A DNA stretch of 64,000 bases from an uncultured Lentisphaeraceae bacterium (GCA_964482645.1 CAYZYQ010000001.1:31271-95270), one strand, 5' to 3'. Positions 13,159 through 23,506 are shown, counted from the stretch's first letter. Program-made: numbers and translations. Notes: a model not told the origin generated them from the sequence alone.

Positions 13159-13668
13159 ATGAGTATGATGATGTTTGCCCAGGCGGCGTCGAGTTGTTCG
13201 GCGTCGGCGGGTCTGTGCCCGGTCTCCTTGGGCATCGCAGCCGTCGTGGGCGCAGCCGTCGGTTTCGTCGCCGGCCGTCTGAGCAAGGGTGCGGGCAACA
13301 AGAACACGAAGAAAGCCGCGTCGCCGTCGCAGAAGAAAGGTTCGTCGCAGCCGCAGCCGCGCCGTGACCTGCGCATCACGGAAACGCGTGTGCCGATTCC
13401 GGCGGGCTACGTGGAAATCTACGTGGGCAACCTGAGCTACGACATGGACGAGCCGGCGTTGCGCAAGACGTTCGAGGCGTTCGGCACGGTTCACACCGCG
13501 CGTGTGGTGCTCAACCGCTACAACAACAAGTCCAAGGGCTTCGGTTTCGTGGTGATGCCGAATCGTCCCGAGGCCGAAAAGGCCATTGCGGCGCTCGACG
13601 AAAAGGACGTCATGGGCCGCAAGATGAAGGTGAACGAGGCCAAGAACACGGTCAAGCAAGAGGCCTAA
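13159..13668 (+). CDS. RNA-binding protein with RRM (RNP-1/RNP-2) domain and N-terminal hydrophobic segment
   Basis: RNP-2 IYVGNLSY and RNP-1 KGFGFVVM motifs in C-terminal 90 aa; N-terminal hydrophobic stretch LCPVSLGIAAVVGAAVGFVAG followed by basic linker. Confidence 0.7.
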   Translation: MSMMMFAQAASSCSASAGLCPVSLGIAAVVGAAVGFVAGRLSKGAGNKNTKKAASPSQKKGSSQPQPRRDLRITETRVPIPAGYVEIYVGNLSYDMDEPALRKTFEAFGTVHTARVVLNRYNNKSKGFGFVVMPNRPEAEKAIAALDEKDVMGRKMKVNEAKNTVKQEA

Positions 13669-13676
13669 GGACGGAT

Positions 13677-15209
13677 ATGAACGACGACCTCCTCTTCCTC
13701 TACGGACCTCCCGGCAGCGGGAAGTCGACCCTTGGCCAAGTCCTGGCGGCGCGTCTGGGTGTGCCGTTTACGGATCTCGATTCGGTTATCGTGGCGGAGG
13801 CAGGAGGCGTTTCCATTCCGGACATCTTCGCACGGGAATCGGAAAAAGGTTTCCGTGCGCGTGAACGCGCCGCGCTCCAGAACGTCGCCGCCCGCCCGGC
13901 GGGCGTTGTGGCGCTGGGTGGCGGTGCGCTTGTGGATTCTGCCGCCCGCGCCGTGGCGGAAGCCGCCGGGCGCATTCTTTTCCTCGACGTGCCGCGCCCC
14001 GTCCTCGAACGGCGCGTGATGGCGCAGCGGGGGACGCGGCCGCTTGCGGGTGCCGTGGACAAACTGCGCGCGCTGCTCGATGCGCGTGCCGCGCACTATG
14101 CGAGTTTTCCCCTTCGTTTGGTACAGACGGAGGCGCAGGGCGACGAATCGCCCGACGTCCGCGCCGACCGCGCGGAAATCGCGCTCGGCCGTTTTCGCAT
14201 TACATCGGGCGACGTGCCGTCCGACGTCCGCGTGGGGACGGATCTCATCGAGACGCTGGGCGTCCGCACCCGCGCCTGCGGGTTCACTTCCCGCGCCGTC
14301 GTGGTCTGTGACGCGCACACCGCGCCGTTGTACGCCGATCGCGCCGTGAAGGCACTTCGTACGGCCGGGCTTGATGCGACGAGTGTGACAATTCCCGCCG
14401 GCGAGGAAACGAAGGACATTTCAACTGTCGCTACCATTTGGCGTGCGTTCCTGTCGGCCGGGCTTGGCCGCCGCGACGTCGCCGTGGCCGTGGGGGGCGG
14501 CGTGACGGGCGACATGACGGGATTCGCGGCCGCCACGTGGATGCGTGGTATCGCGTGGATCAACGTGCCGACGACGCTCCTGTCGATGGTCGACGCCTCG
14601 ACGGGGGGCAAGACGGGGTGCGATTTGCCGGAAGGCAAGAACCTTCTCGGTGCGTTCCATTCGCCGGCCGTTGTGTTGGCGGACGTTTCGACGCTCGCGA
14701 CGCTTCCAGAACGGGAAATCCGCTGTGGGCTTGCGGAGGCGATCAAACATGCGTTTATCGCCGATCCCGCACTGCTTTCTCTCCCCGATTTCAAAGACCC
14801 GGCGGCCGTGGCCGCCTACGTCCGCCGCGCCTTGGCGGTGAAGGTGGGCGTCGTCCGTCGCGATCCGTGTGAGAAGGGAGAACGCGCCCTGTTGAATCTC
14901 GGCCACACGGTCGGTCACGCCGTGGAAATCGCCACCGACTTCAAGCTCCACCACGGCGAAGCCGTCGCCATCGGCGTCGTGGAGGAGGCGCGTCTCGCCG
15001 TCCGTCTTGGCCTCGCCGCCGCCGATTGGCCCACGCAGGTTGCCGCGCCGTTCGCCGCCGCCGGGTTGCCGACGGAACTGCCCGCCGGGCTTGCATTCGA
15101 TGATTTGAAACCGATTATGCGGCGCGACAAGAAGCAGCGCGAGGGGCGGATTCATTTCGCCCTGCCGTGCGCGATGTGCGACGTCCGTCTCGTCCCCGTT
15201 TCGCTCTGA
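13677..15209 (+). CDS. aroKB: bifunctional shikimate kinase / 3-dehydroquinate synthase
   Basis: N-terminal P-loop LYGPPGSGKST (AroK); C-terminal AroB motifs GGGVTGDMTGFAAATWMRGIAWINVPTTLLSMVDASTGGKTG; single 510-aa ORF. Confidence 0.9.
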   Translation: MNDDLLFLYGPPGSGKSTLGQVLAARLGVPFTDLDSVIVAEAGGVSIPDIFARESEKGFRARERAALQNVAARPAGVVALGGGALVDSAARAVAEAAGRILFLDVPRPVLERRVMAQRGTRPLAGAVDKLRALLDARAAHYASFPLRLVQTEAQGDESPDVRADRAEIALGRFRITSGDVPSDVRVGTDLIETLGVRTRACGFTSRAVVVCDAHTAPLYADRAVKALRTAGLDATSVTIPAGEETKDISTVATIWRAFLSAGLGRRDVAVAVGGGVTGDMTGFAAATWMRGIAWINVPTTLLSMVDASTGGKTGCDLPEGKNLLGAFHSPAVVLADVSTLATLPEREIRCGLAEAIKHAFIADPALLSLPDFKDPAAVAAYVRRALAVKVGVVRRDPCEKGERALLNLGHTVGHAVEIATDFKLHHGEAVAIGVVEEARLAVRLGLAAADWPTQVAAPFAAAGLPTELPAGLAFDDLKPIMRRDKKQREGRIHFALPCAMCDVRLVPVSL

Positions 15210-15211
15210 CC

Positions 15212-16792
15212 ATGATTTTCGACCGTACATTCCATCCCGACGAGGCGAATCAGGCGTTTACCGTGGGGCGTTTGCTGGAGACGGGGCAGTACACCTACAC
15301 GCCGACCGACCACCACGGCCCTACGCTCTACTATGCGGCCGCGCCGCTGCAGAAAATCGCGGGACATTCGACGACGCAGACGCTGGACGGTACGTTGTTG
15401 CGGGCGACGCCGCTCGTCTTCGCCATCCTGGGGCTTGTGCTCGGCTTTCTGGCCGTTCGCCGTGTTACGCGGAGTGTCGGTGCGGCGCTGGCGTTCGTTC
15501 TGTTGCTGGGGACGGCGCCGTTCTTCGTCTTTTTCGCGACGGATTTCATTCAGGAAATGCTGCTTTCCTGTTTCCTGATCGGCATGTTTTTCTCGGCTGT
15601 GGGCTATTTGCGGCCCGATGGCAAGTTGAAACCCGGCAGTTGGGCATTGCTTTTCGGCATTTTTGCGGGGTTGGCGTTTGCGACGAAAGAGACCGCCGTG
15701 ATTTCTTTCGCGGCCGCCGCGCTGGCGGGGGCGCCGTTTCTCGTCACGCGCATCCTGCGGCATCGAGATGCGCCGCCGCCGAAACCCGGCGTCGAACCGC
15801 CGCCTGTCGTTTACGCTCACCCCGTGACGGACGTGGTGTTCGCGCTCATTGCATTTGCCTTGACGTCCGTCACGCTCTATTCGTCCCTTGGGACGGATTG
15901 GACGGGTGTCTACCATGCGTTCATCACCGCGCCGCTGGCGTACCTCGGCCGTGCGGCGGGTGACGCGGCGGCCTCGGTGGGGGCGAACTGGCATGTCCAT
16001 CCGTTCAACCAGTATTTCAAATGGCTGTTCGCCTATCCGCCGTTCACGGAAATCGATCTCGTCATCGTCGGGTTCGTGGGGACGCCGCTCTGTCTCGGTC
16101 TGCTCCGCTTGGCTCGGAAACGGGCGGACGCCAAACGTGCGCATTTCGTCCGCTTCAAGCCGGAGAAGCCGCGCCCGTCTCAATTTCCCAGTTTGGCGCC
16201 GTGGGGCTTTGCTGTCCTCTATTCGTTGATTTTGCTGGCGGTCTATTCGCTCATTCCCTACAAAACGCCGTGGTGCGCGTTGCGTTTCCTGCCGGGGTTC
16301 GTGCTGGCGGCGGTGTTTGGCCTCCACGCGATTTTTGTGCGGATGGGGGCGGGTGTTCTGCCGCGTCTGATTGTCGCGGCCGTGGTGGGATGTATCGTGG
16401 CGTTCCGTTTGCCCGCGCTCCAGAAGATGAACGACGATCCCGATTCGAAGGACATCCCCTGCAACTATGCGAACGCCTCGCCGGAGGTGAAGGAGCTGGC
16501 GCGTGTCGTCTCCGAAGCGATGAAGGCGCCTTGCGCCGATCCGCTGGTGGCCGTGGCGCTGCCGCCTGAAGACACGTGGCCGTTCCCTTGGTACAATCGC
16601 GATTTGGCGCATCGAACGGGGTATTGGACGTCCTTCGAGGACTTGGAGAAACTGCAGCAGACTGGCATCAAACCCTCCGTGGTCGTCGTGCCGATGAACC
16701 AGGGGCATCTCGTCCAGCCGCTCTTTCCGCACTTGAAGAACACGCGCCGTTTCTTCATGCGCAACAAGGTGCGTGTGCGTGTGTTCTGGTAA
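15212..16792 (+). CDS. polytopic membrane glycosyltransferase-like protein (GT39/ArnT/PMT-like, TIGR03663-like)
   Basis: N-terminal DEANQAF...DHHGPTLYY motif followed by about 10 predicted TM helices; ATG directly after aroKB stop. Confidence 0.55.
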   Translation: MIFDRTFHPDEANQAFTVGRLLETGQYTYTPTDHHGPTLYYAAAPLQKIAGHSTTQTLDGTLLRATPLVFAILGLVLGFLAVRRVTRSVGAALAFVLLLGTAPFFVFFATDFIQEMLLSCFLIGMFFSAVGYLRPDGKLKPGSWALLFGIFAGLAFATKETAVISFAAAALAGAPFLVTRILRHRDAPPPKPGVEPPPVVYAHPVTDVVFALIAFALTSVTLYSSLGTDWTGVYHAFITAPLAYLGRAAGDAAASVGANWHVHPFNQYFKWLFAYPPFTEIDLVIVGFVGTPLCLGLLRLARKRADAKRAHFVRFKPEKPRPSQFPSLAPWGFAVLYSLILLAVYSLIPYKTPWCALRFLPGFVLAAVFGLHAIFVRMGAGVLPRLIVAAVVGCIVAFRLPALQKMNDDPDSKDIPCNYANASPEVKELARVVSEAMKAPCADPLVAVALPPEDTWPFPWYNRDLAHRTGYWTSFEDLEKLQQTGIKPSVVVVPMNQGHLVQPLFPHLKNTRRFFMRNKVRVRVFW

Positions 16793-16910
16793 CCGCGCCG
16801 TGTCCTAACCGAATCCTAACGGAAGTCTCATCGTCTTCTAACACGGTTTTTACGAACCGTTCATAATCCTTCGTTAGACTATCCTCAAACGAAAAAGAAG
16901 GATCAGGATT

Positions 16911-18593
16911 ATGAATTACTTTCAACTCGGTGTAAACGTCCTGGGCGGATTGGCGATATTCGTCTACGGCATGGGATTGATGTCGGACGGTTTGACGCAA
17001 ATCGCCGGGGCGCGGTTGCGGGCGGTGCTCGCCTATGTGACGCGCAACCGCGTGGCGGCGATTCTCGCGGGTGCCGTGGTGACGGCGATTATCCAGAGTT
17101 CAAGTGCGACGAGCGTGATGACCGTCGGTTTCGTGAACGCGGGGTTGCTGTCTCTGACGCAGGCCATCGGCGTGATTTTTGGTGCGAACATCGGCACGAC
17201 CGTCACGGGGCAGCTCGTGTCGTTGAATTTGTCCGACCTTGCAATGCCGGCTGTCGTGATTGGCGTGGTGGGGTTGCTGATTTCCCGCCGGACGGTCACG
17301 CGCGGGCTGTGGCGAACGCTGCTGGGATTTGGATTCCTGTTCTTTGGCATGAACTTGATGAGCCATGAACTCGATGCCGTCGCGAAACTGCCGTCGTTCG
17401 TTTCGTTCTTCTCGTCGTTCGACTGCGCCCCGTCCGCGTCCGGCTTCCTCCCGTTTGGCAACGTGCTCGGCGCCATCGCCGTCGGTACGATTTGCACGAT
17501 GATCGTCCAGAGTTCGTCCGCGACGATCGGCATCACGATCGCGCTGGCGCAGTCGGGTCTGATTTCCATCTGGACGGCCGTGCCGATTGTGCTGGGCGAC
17601 AACATCGGTACGACGGTCACGGCCGCGTTCGCCGCCATCAACACGAATGCGAACGCGCGGCGCACGGCGCTCGCCCACGCGCTTTTCAACGTGATCGGCA
17701 CGACGGTTCTCGTGACGACGTTCATCTTCGTCTTCGGCAACGCCGCCGGCGTCCGCGCTCCGGCGTTCTTCCATCTTGTCAACGCCTGTACGGAGGGCAA
17801 TGCGTTCGCAGGCGAGAATCCGGGCCGCTACGTGGCGATGGCCCACACGCTCTTCAACGTGACGAACGTGATTATCCTCTCCTCGTTCATCCCGCTGCTG
17901 GCGCGGCTCTGCGAATGGATCATTCCCGAGAAGCGCAGACAGCAGAATCGGACGCTTGAACCGCACTTGCTGGCCGCGCCCGAAGTTGCGCTCCATGCGG
18001 CCACGGTGGCGTTGGCGGACATGACGCGCCGCGCGTGGACGGTGGCATCCTGCTCGCTCAACAGCTGTTTGGGCAAGGCCGACGTGAACGAAGATTCCGT
18101 CCAGAAAGCGGAATCCGACATTGACGAGATGCAGACGTCCATCCGCAACTACCTGATTGAGATTTCGCGGCGCAAGATTACCGACCGCCAGGCGCAGATG
18201 ATTCCCGAACTCATCCACTGCGTCAACGATGCCGAACGCATTTCAGACATTGCGCTGCGCATCTACCGCAAGACGGCGCGTGTCCGGCGGGACGGTCTGC
18301 CCGACGACGTGCGGGCGGAATTGAATGCGGTCGTTTCCCGTGTTCGTGCGTTGGCGCACGAGACCGTCCATGCCGTGCGGGCAGGAACGCCGTCGGCGGC
18401 CGATCCGGCCGAAGAGGAGCGGAAGATCCATGAACTGGCGCGGACGACGACCCACTCGTTCGCCGCGCGTGTCCAGTCCGCCGGCGGTGCGCCGGAAGGG
18501 GAGTTGGCCGTGTTGTCCGTCCTGGCCGGCTTGCGCGACATTTCCCGCCATCTGGGCAACATCGCCACGCGCGTCCCCCAGTTCGCCGTGTAA
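16911..18593 (+). CDS. Na+/phosphate cotransporter family protein (NptA-like) with PhoU-like C-terminal domain
   Basis: Duplicated QSSSAT(S/I) Na/Pi-cotransporter motifs, multiple TM helices, helical C-terminal PhoU-like region. Confidence 0.85.
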   Translation: MNYFQLGVNVLGGLAIFVYGMGLMSDGLTQIAGARLRAVLAYVTRNRVAAILAGAVVTAIIQSSSATSVMTVGFVNAGLLSLTQAIGVIFGANIGTTVTGQLVSLNLSDLAMPAVVIGVVGLLISRRTVTRGLWRTLLGFGFLFFGMNLMSHELDAVAKLPSFVSFFSSFDCAPSASGFLPFGNVLGAIAVGTICTMIVQSSSATIGITIALAQSGLISIWTAVPIVLGDNIGTTVTAAFAAINTNANARRTALAHALFNVIGTTVLVTTFIFVFGNAAGVRAPAFFHLVNACTEGNAFAGENPGRYVAMAHTLFNVTNVIILSSFIPLLARLCEWIIPEKRRQQNRTLEPHLLAAPEVALHAATVALADMTRRAWTVASCSLNSCLGKADVNEDSVQKAESDIDEMQTSIRNYLIEISRRKITDRQAQMIPELIHCVNDAERISDIALRIYRKTARVRRDGLPDDVRAELNAVVSRVRALAHETVHAVRAGTPSAADPAEEERKIHELARTTTHSFAARVQSAGGAPEGELAVLSVLAGLRDISRHLGNIATRVPQFAV

Positions 18594-18623
18594 TCGCCCT
18601 GTACATTCTTTCACCCTGCCCGT

Positions 18624-18657
18624 GGCACGAGTTTGTAAACTCGTGCCTTTTTCAGTT
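18624..18657 (+). terminator. rho-independent terminator after Na/Pi cotransporter gene
   Basis: GGCACGAGT ttgtaa ACTCGTGCC followed by TTTTTCAGTTTT. Confidence 0.6.
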
Positions 18658-18732
18658 TTGTTGTACGGCGTGGTGCGGCGTCACAGTCTGTCAAAAAAAA
18701 AGAATTGTCAAAACGTCTGAAAAGATCCCGCT

Positions 18733-18762
18733 TGACGGACGAGAAAAAAAAATCGTATAATC
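18733..18762 (+). promoter_or_regulatory. sigma70-like promoter candidate for large secreted protein gene
   Basis: TTGACG - 18 nt A-rich spacer (gacgagaaaaaaaaatcg) - TATAAT, about 75 nt upstream of ATG 18840. Confidence 0.4.
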
Positions 18763-18839
18763 CCCGATATAATCAAACTTGGTGGAATGGCGTGACGCGC
18801 GGGGCGTGTGCCGTTCAAACCGACAAAGGAGTGTTGCCG

Positions 18840-21800
18840 ATGAGAGTGAAGAAGCTGAGAACCGCCGCCTGTTGTCTGATGGCCGTCTGCACGGGCGGTC
18901 TTTTCGCGGATGACGCGGAAGACGTTTCTGGGGGTGACCCTGCACCCGTCGAACCCGTCTTCGGGCGTGTGTTCGGCATGTACTGCCTGAACAAGGAGGC
19001 CGGGCAGACGCCTATCTTCCCGTTCCGCGCCCAATGGGAGGTTAATCCGTCCTCCACCAAAACGTCGGGTTCCGATGCGTCGCCCGACACGTCGAAACTC
19101 TCCGCCGAGGATCTCGCCTCCCTGCCCACGAATGCATTCACTCGTACGGGTTACGTCCATGCAGACGGAAAAGGGGCCAAGGAGTTCGACGTCTTCAATG
19201 TTCTCAACCTTACGCCGGGTGCGACATATCGGATGGACGTTTACCTGAACGAACCATGGGACGATTGTGGACGTGCCCAGTACGTGCGTGTCAACGACGC
19301 GAATGTGAAGGATGCGTCCGGCGCGGACGTCAAGTTGACACCGTTTGTGAACTGTGGCGGAAAAAAGATTGTCGGGAAATTCTCCTATGACGTCGTGGCG
19401 ATGGCGGATGGCACGTTGTCCTTTGCGTTTCCGAGAGTCAGCAATCAATCCGCCCTCAACGTGGTCACGTTGGCGGGAACGAACCAACCAGCGGCCGTCA
19501 CTGCGCCGACGTTCAAGTCGAACGGAAAGACGGACGAAGTTGAACTCCACTGGCCGCTTGCGCGTGACGCGTTCGCCTACTACGTCCAGCAACAGATGGA
19601 CGATGGTGCGTGGGAAACTGTCGCCGAGACGACGACGACGAACGTCGTCCTCACGTTGCCGGCGGTACAGCAGACGCTGGACTACCGCGTCATCTCCTCA
19701 AACGGGTTGGGCGTGGCGGAGGGGACGGTCGTTTCCCACGGCATTCGCCGTCGTACGCGTTACGCCGTGGGGTTGGGTTTGACCGCGCCGGCTGGCCGTT
19801 TCGTCCCGGCGAATGCCGTGTTGACCTCTTGCGTGAGACCTGATCTCACCAAGATTGCGGCGCCGCCCGGCATCGAAGGGCAGTATGCGGCGGATGGAGG
19901 CATTTACACGAACTATGTCTGGGGCGTGGACAACAAGATGTCGTTTGCGTTCTCGAACTTGACGGCGAATGCCGCCTATGCGTTCCGTATCCACTTCATA
20001 GAGGGAAGCGGTACATCCAATACGAATCAAACGCGCCTCATTGACATCTCCACGAACGGTGCTTTGGCCCAGACGTCGTATGACGCTTTGGCGGCGTGTG
20101 GTTATCGGCAGTACGGCGTGGGGTATCTCGACATGACGTCCGCCGCCGACGCGGATGGCACGTTGACGCTTGCGTTCACCAATACGGTAGGTTCAACATT
20201 CACCGGCATATCTGCTTGCGCCGTGGAAGTGTTCGCGCGTGCCGACGAACCGTTCGCATCGGAGATTCCCGCACTCGTCGTGACGGCGTTTGCGGAGGGT
20301 GTGCGTATCGTGCCCGAAACGCGCCATGCGCAGAACGTCTATGAAATCTGGTACGTCGATGCGGCGACGGCGCCCGCTGAAACGACGGAAGAGGCAGGTA
20401 CGCGTCTCGTGGCGAATGTCCCCGCGGCGGGCTTTTTCGATTTCGACGTGCCTGAAACGGGGACGCGGTGGTATCGCGTCCGTGCTGTGGCGGAAGATGG
20501 GACGTTCGGCGCGTGGTCGCCGTGGACGGGTGCGGCGCGAGGTGACCGCGCGTTCTCGGCCGCCCTGCGCGTCAACTTCACGGAAAACGACATCATGCCG
20601 CCGAACGGCTGGGTGAACGACAAACCGTTCCGTGCTGGCCATGTCGGGGCGTTCACGCAGTCGCCGACGTCGACGACGGCGTTTGTGGTCCTGCAGAACG
20701 TCATTCCCGACCAGGCGCCGGATCTCGTCTACCTGACGGGCATTCTTGGTTTTTCGGAGGATGCCGATAAAAAGACGTACCGTTTCGTCTTCCCCGGTTT
20801 CGACAGCGCACGGACGTACCGGTTGCGTCTGCATTTGGTGGAGAACTACTATGACAAAATTGAGCAGATCGGAAAGCGAACCTTCCGTCTGGCGGTCAAC
20901 CGCCTCGCGCGTAGCGAATGGCGGGGTATTGATTCGCTGGCACTGGCGAACGGCGAGAAATACCGCCCGTCCGTCTTCGAGGCGACGGTGACGCCCGCGC
21001 TCGACGGTACGATTCGCATGGACATTCTGCGCGAAAAGGAGAATCCCACGTTGCGTGGCGTCGAGTTCATCCCCGTTGAATGCGAAGGGGAGACGTTCGG
21101 TCCGGGGCGTGTGGCGTTTCTGCGCGACGCGGGCGCGGACGCCGTTGCGGGATCGAACGAGACGTGCGTGGCGGAAGCGGAGGCCCCGCGTGTGTGGTCG
21201 TGGACAACGGAGGACGTACCGGAGAACGCGGGCGATCGGCCGCGCATTCTTGCGCACGGACGCTTCTACGCGCCGTGGACGGATCTGTACACGGCCGAGG
21301 TCACGAAAGACGTGGACGGTACGTTTGATTTGTGGGTGGACGGGCAAGTCTTTTCCGTCAACAAGGCGGTGGAACTCGCGGTTGGCCCGCATGACGTCTA
21401 CGTGTCGTACCGTCCGGCGAACCGGGCGTCGTGCACGGCGACGCTGACGTGGCAAACGGAGTCGGGGGTGCCGCCCCGCGCCCTCCGTACGGATGCGCCG
21501 CTCGCCTATCCGGACGGCTGGCATTTTGCGCAGATCGGCCCTCATGCCGCGCCGGCGTTTTTGCGGGGAACGACGCCGGGCGCCTGGAAGATGGCGGCCT
21601 CCGGCAACGACACGTGGGGGGCTGCTGACTGCGCGACCTTCCTTTATCATGCGGCAGGGCGCGGGACGTTTGATTGCTCCTTCCGCGTGACGGGACTGGG
21701 CGGGACGTACACGGACAATACACGCCTCGGCGTGATGGTGCGTTCGTCCCTTGAATCGGCGAAAACAGATGCGTTCATGCTCTACGCGGGGTTGACCGGT

Positions 21801-22148
21801 AATCGTAAAGACCTGCGTGGCTATCTGGACGCGGATCCAGACAACGGGACGTTCAACATCGAAAAGGGGTTCGATGTCCCGGCGGGTGCTTGTTCGAACT
21901 TTCCGTTCACCGTCCGTGCCGTCCGTACGCGCGAAGGCCTCGGCGACCGGTTCGTGCTGTCTTTCACGGCAGCGGACGGTACGCTCGTCCATGCCGAGAC
22001 GCAGGATGTGGCGCGCGCGGCGAACGTCTACGTCGGCCCCGTGGCCGTGGCGCACCATACTATCGGCACGGCGCTCACGCACTACGAGTTCGCGGATCTT
22101 GAGTTCGAGGACACAACGCCCCGTGCGCTCGTGATCATTGTCCGCTAG
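18840..22148 (+). CDS. large secreted protein with fibronectin-III-like and repeated carbohydrate-binding (malectin-like) modules
   Basis: Signal peptide MRVKKLRTAACCLMAVCTGGLFA; AAGGAG RBS; three diverged repeats sharing a DGTLxxAF core (DGTLSFAFPRV, DGTLTLAFTNTV, DGTIRMDILRE); FN3-like segment (FKSNGKTDEVELHWPL..YYVQQQMDDGAWE). Confidence 0.7.
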   Translation: MRVKKLRTAACCLMAVCTGGLFADDAEDVSGGDPAPVEPVFGRVFGMYCLNKEAGQTPIFPFRAQWEVNPSSTKTSGSDASPDTSKLSAEDLASLPTNAFTRTGYVHADGKGAKEFDVFNVLNLTPGATYRMDVYLNEPWDDCGRAQYVRVNDANVKDASGADVKLTPFVNCGGKKIVGKFSYDVVAMADGTLSFAFPRVSNQSALNVVTLAGTNQPAAVTAPTFKSNGKTDEVELHWPLARDAFAYYVQQQMDDGAWETVAETTTTNVVLTLPAVQQTLDYRVISSNGLGVAEGTVVSHGIRRRTRYAVGLGLTAPAGRFVPANAVLTSCVRPDLTKIAAPPGIEGQYAADGGIYTNYVWGVDNKMSFAFSNLTANAAYAFRIHFIEGSGTSNTNQTRLIDISTNGALAQTSYDALAACGYRQYGVGYLDMTSAADADGTLTLAFTNTVGSTFTGISACAVEVFARADEPFASEIPALVVTAFAEGVRIVPETRHAQNVYEIWYVDAATAPAETTEEAGTRLVANVPAAGFFDFDVPETGTRWYRVRAVAEDGTFGAWSPWTGAARGDRAFSAALRVNFTENDIMPPNGWVNDKPFRAGHVGAFTQSPTSTTAFVVLQNVIPDQAPDLVYLTGILGFSEDADKKTYRFVFPGFDSARTYRLRLHLVENYYDKIEQIGKRTFRLAVNRLARSEWRGIDSLALANGEKYRPSVFEATVTPALDGTIRMDILREKENPTLRGVEFIPVECEGETFGPGRVAFLRDAGADAVAGSNETCVAEAEAPRVWSWTTEDVPENAGDRPRILAHGRFYAPWTDLYTAEVTKDVDGTFDLWVDGQVFSVNKAVELAVGPHDVYVSYRPANRASCTATLTWQTESGVPPRALRTDAPLAYPDGWHFAQIGPHAAPAFLRGTTPGAWKMAASGNDTWGAADCATFLYHAAGRGTFDCSFRVTGLGGTYTDNTRLGVMVRSSLESAKTDAFMLYAGLTGNRKDLRGYLDADPDNGTFNIEKGFDVPAGACSNFPFTVRAVRTREGLGDRFVLSFTAADGTLVHAETQDVARAANVYVGPVAVAHHTIGTALTHYEFADLEFEDTTPRALVIIVR

Positions 22149-22249
22149 AATTTTCCCGTTTGCCATTCGGGAGGATTCGTGATAGAATGGCTCATGATAT
22201 TTCATATCAAAGAACTTACGAAATCCGAAATGGAGGCATAGAGAGCGAC

Positions 22250-23506
22250 ATGAATAGACGCGATTTCTTCAAGGCTGGCGCGGCGTTTGCGGCCGTGGCG
22301 GCGGCCACGCGGGCCGCAAAGGCGCAGATGCCCGGTTTTGGCGCGGGGGCGCCGAAGCCGATGAACAACCCCATCTGGCTCATGACGTCCGCCTTTCCGG
22401 GCGAATCGTTCGAGGACGTGCTCAAGCGCGCCAAGAGCGTGGGCGCCCAGGGTCTTGAACTCTGCGTCTTCCGCCGTGATTCGGACCGCAAGGATCACAC
22501 GGCCACGCATCTCGACTACGAGACGTTCGACCTCGCGGCGGCCAAGCACGTCGTGCGCCGTTGCAACGAAGAGGGGTTGCGCGTGTCCGTCGGCGCGTAC
22601 GACAATCTGATTGGCGGCGATCCCGCGCAGCAGGTCAACAACCAGAACCACATCCTCAAGCTCATCCGTATTGCATCCTTGCTGGGTGGCGACGCGAACG
22701 ACGTCGTGTGCGGCACGTTCGTGGGCTATGATCACGTGCTGGGCCGTCAGGACGGCGGGTTCGAGAAGAACCTCCACAAGTTCAAAAAGGTCTTCACGCC
22801 GATTCTCAAGTACGCGAAGGATCTGGGCGTGACCGTATGCGTGGAGAACTGCCCGATGGAAGGCTGGCAGCCCGCGACGGCGCCGGACGCCTACAACAAT
22901 CTGCCGGGCTGTCTGGCGGCGCGTAAGTTGATGTACGCGATTCTTGATGACGCGGCGTCGTCCGCGCTGAATGAAACGTACGATCCGTCGCACGACATTT
23001 GGCAGCACATCGACCCGAGCGACGTGATCGAAGCGATGGACTTCAAGCGTCTTCGCCGCGTCCACATCAAGGGTACGCGCAACTTCCCGAAGTCGGCGGA
23101 CGCGATTCACTGGGGCCGTCTCTATCCGGAACAGGTCGTGGACAAGGCGCTTGCGGCCAAGGCGGGTGTGCCGATCGCGCAGAACGAGTGGGCTCGGATG
23201 AACTACGAGCCGCGTCTGCCCGGTTTTGGCGGCAGCGATTCGTGCGACTGGACGAAGTTCCTGCAGACGCTCATGAAGAAGGGCTTCAAGTATCCGTTCG
23301 TCATCGAGAACGAAGGCTGCAACTCGTCCCATACGGGCAACAAGGCGGCCACGATGCAGGGCTTCCGCGCCACGATTCTCAACACCGCGCCGGTCATCTG
23401 GTCGCTCGACCCGGCCACCGGGTTCACGTTCGACAAGGCGGCGCTCAAGCCGATGGTCGAGACGGACAAGGAATTGCCCGTCGTGACGATGAAGGATCTG
23501 GTCTAA
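22250..23506 (+). CDS. Tat-secreted sugar phosphate isomerase/epimerase (xylose-isomerase-like TIM barrel)
   Basis: Twin-arginine motif NRRDFFKAG; TIM-barrel AP-endonuclease/xylose isomerase-like body; GGAGG RBS. Confidence 0.8.
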   Translation: MNRRDFFKAGAAFAAVAAATRAAKAQMPGFGAGAPKPMNNPIWLMTSAFPGESFEDVLKRAKSVGAQGLELCVFRRDSDRKDHTATHLDYETFDLAAAKHVVRRCNEEGLRVSVGAYDNLIGGDPAQQVNNQNHILKLIRIASLLGGDANDVVCGTFVGYDHVLGRQDGGFEKNLHKFKKVFTPILKYAKDLGVTVCVENCPMEGWQPATAPDAYNNLPGCLAARKLMYAILDDAASSALNETYDPSHDIWQHIDPSDVIEAMDFKRLRRVHIKGTRNFPKSADAIHWGRLYPEQVVDKALAAKAGVPIAQNEWARMNYEPRLPGFGGSDSCDWTKFLQTLMKKGFKYPFVIENEGCNSSHTGNKAATMQGFRATILNTAPVIWSLDPATGFTFDKAALKPMVETDKELPVVTMKDLV

